Below, piece by piece: positions 34,072 to 34,124 of a stretch of DNA of 34,124 bases. The notes under the pieces are model-generated. The model saw nothing but the letters and a program-made list of their open reading frames with translations. It was not told the origin of the DNA and made no database searches. Position 1 is the stretch's first letter; the number at the start of each line of letters is the position of its first letter. This DNA comes from Stramenopiles sp. TOSAG23-6 (Eukaryota). Position numbers and translations under genes: made by a program. Where the stretch lies: the NCBI GenBank assembly GCA_900128565.1, contig LT635952.1, positions 1-34,124 of the forward strand, given 5' to 3'.

Positions 34072-34124
34072 GTATGTTTTATTTTTTTTTTAAACAAAAA
34101 AATCGATTTTTTTTCGTACGAAAT

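Larger units (their letters stand above)
1..34124. repeat. Whole-window inverted repeat (palindrome), axis 17043/17044, no spacer
   Basis: Every ORF has a mirror copy (2901..3767+ / 30320..31186-; 1330..1962+ / 32163..32795-). The centre reads poly-A-T|A-poly-T. N at 6502 mirrors N at 27585. The only difference noticed is 38 nt present at 31640..31677 and absent after 2447. Confidence 0.99.

Noticed and set aside
1-34124. CRISPR array or prokaryotic/viral system
   Set aside because: The repeats are dispersed inside eukaryotic genes, not regularly spaced, and no cas, transposase or viral genes are present.

Overview
AT-rich, gene-dense eukaryotic (protist-like, probably ciliated/flagellated because it encodes IFT54) nuclear sequence in the standard genetic code. 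The whole window is one spacer-less palindrome with its axis between 17043 and 17044. The arms mirror as p<->34087-p, or p<->34125-p outside a single 38-nt indel, and even the one N is mirrored, so the duplication is most likely a fold-back or assembly artefact and there is only ~17 kb of unique sequence. Genes per arm: a His-rich unknown protein (partial), a DUF5672-like protein, PIGA, IFT54/TRAF3IP1, ASNSD1-like, RPL21, a calmodulin/centrin-like EF-hand protein, a FYVE protein, RPL28, a HINT hydrolase, the 5' half of MO25/CAB39 and the 3' part of SF3B2. The main discovery is that every coding interruption I could find belongs to one repeat family (14 complete and 2 truncated copies across the unique sequence, 86-234 nt, always in the sense orientation of the host gene). 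The consensus is GTAYGTTTT...TTTCGTACGAAATTTTGTACCTAAC...GAAATATTTTT(T/C)CA(C/A)AATAC-NT. The reading frame and conserved protein motifs are restored when the insert is removed from GT to a non-AG end (AT x11, TT, CT, GT). This points to an introner/MITE-like family of non-canonical GT-AT (GT-NT) introns, coexisting with at least one likely canonical GT-AG intron (RPL28 5' UTR). Splice boundaries are inferred from translation only, with no transcript evidence.
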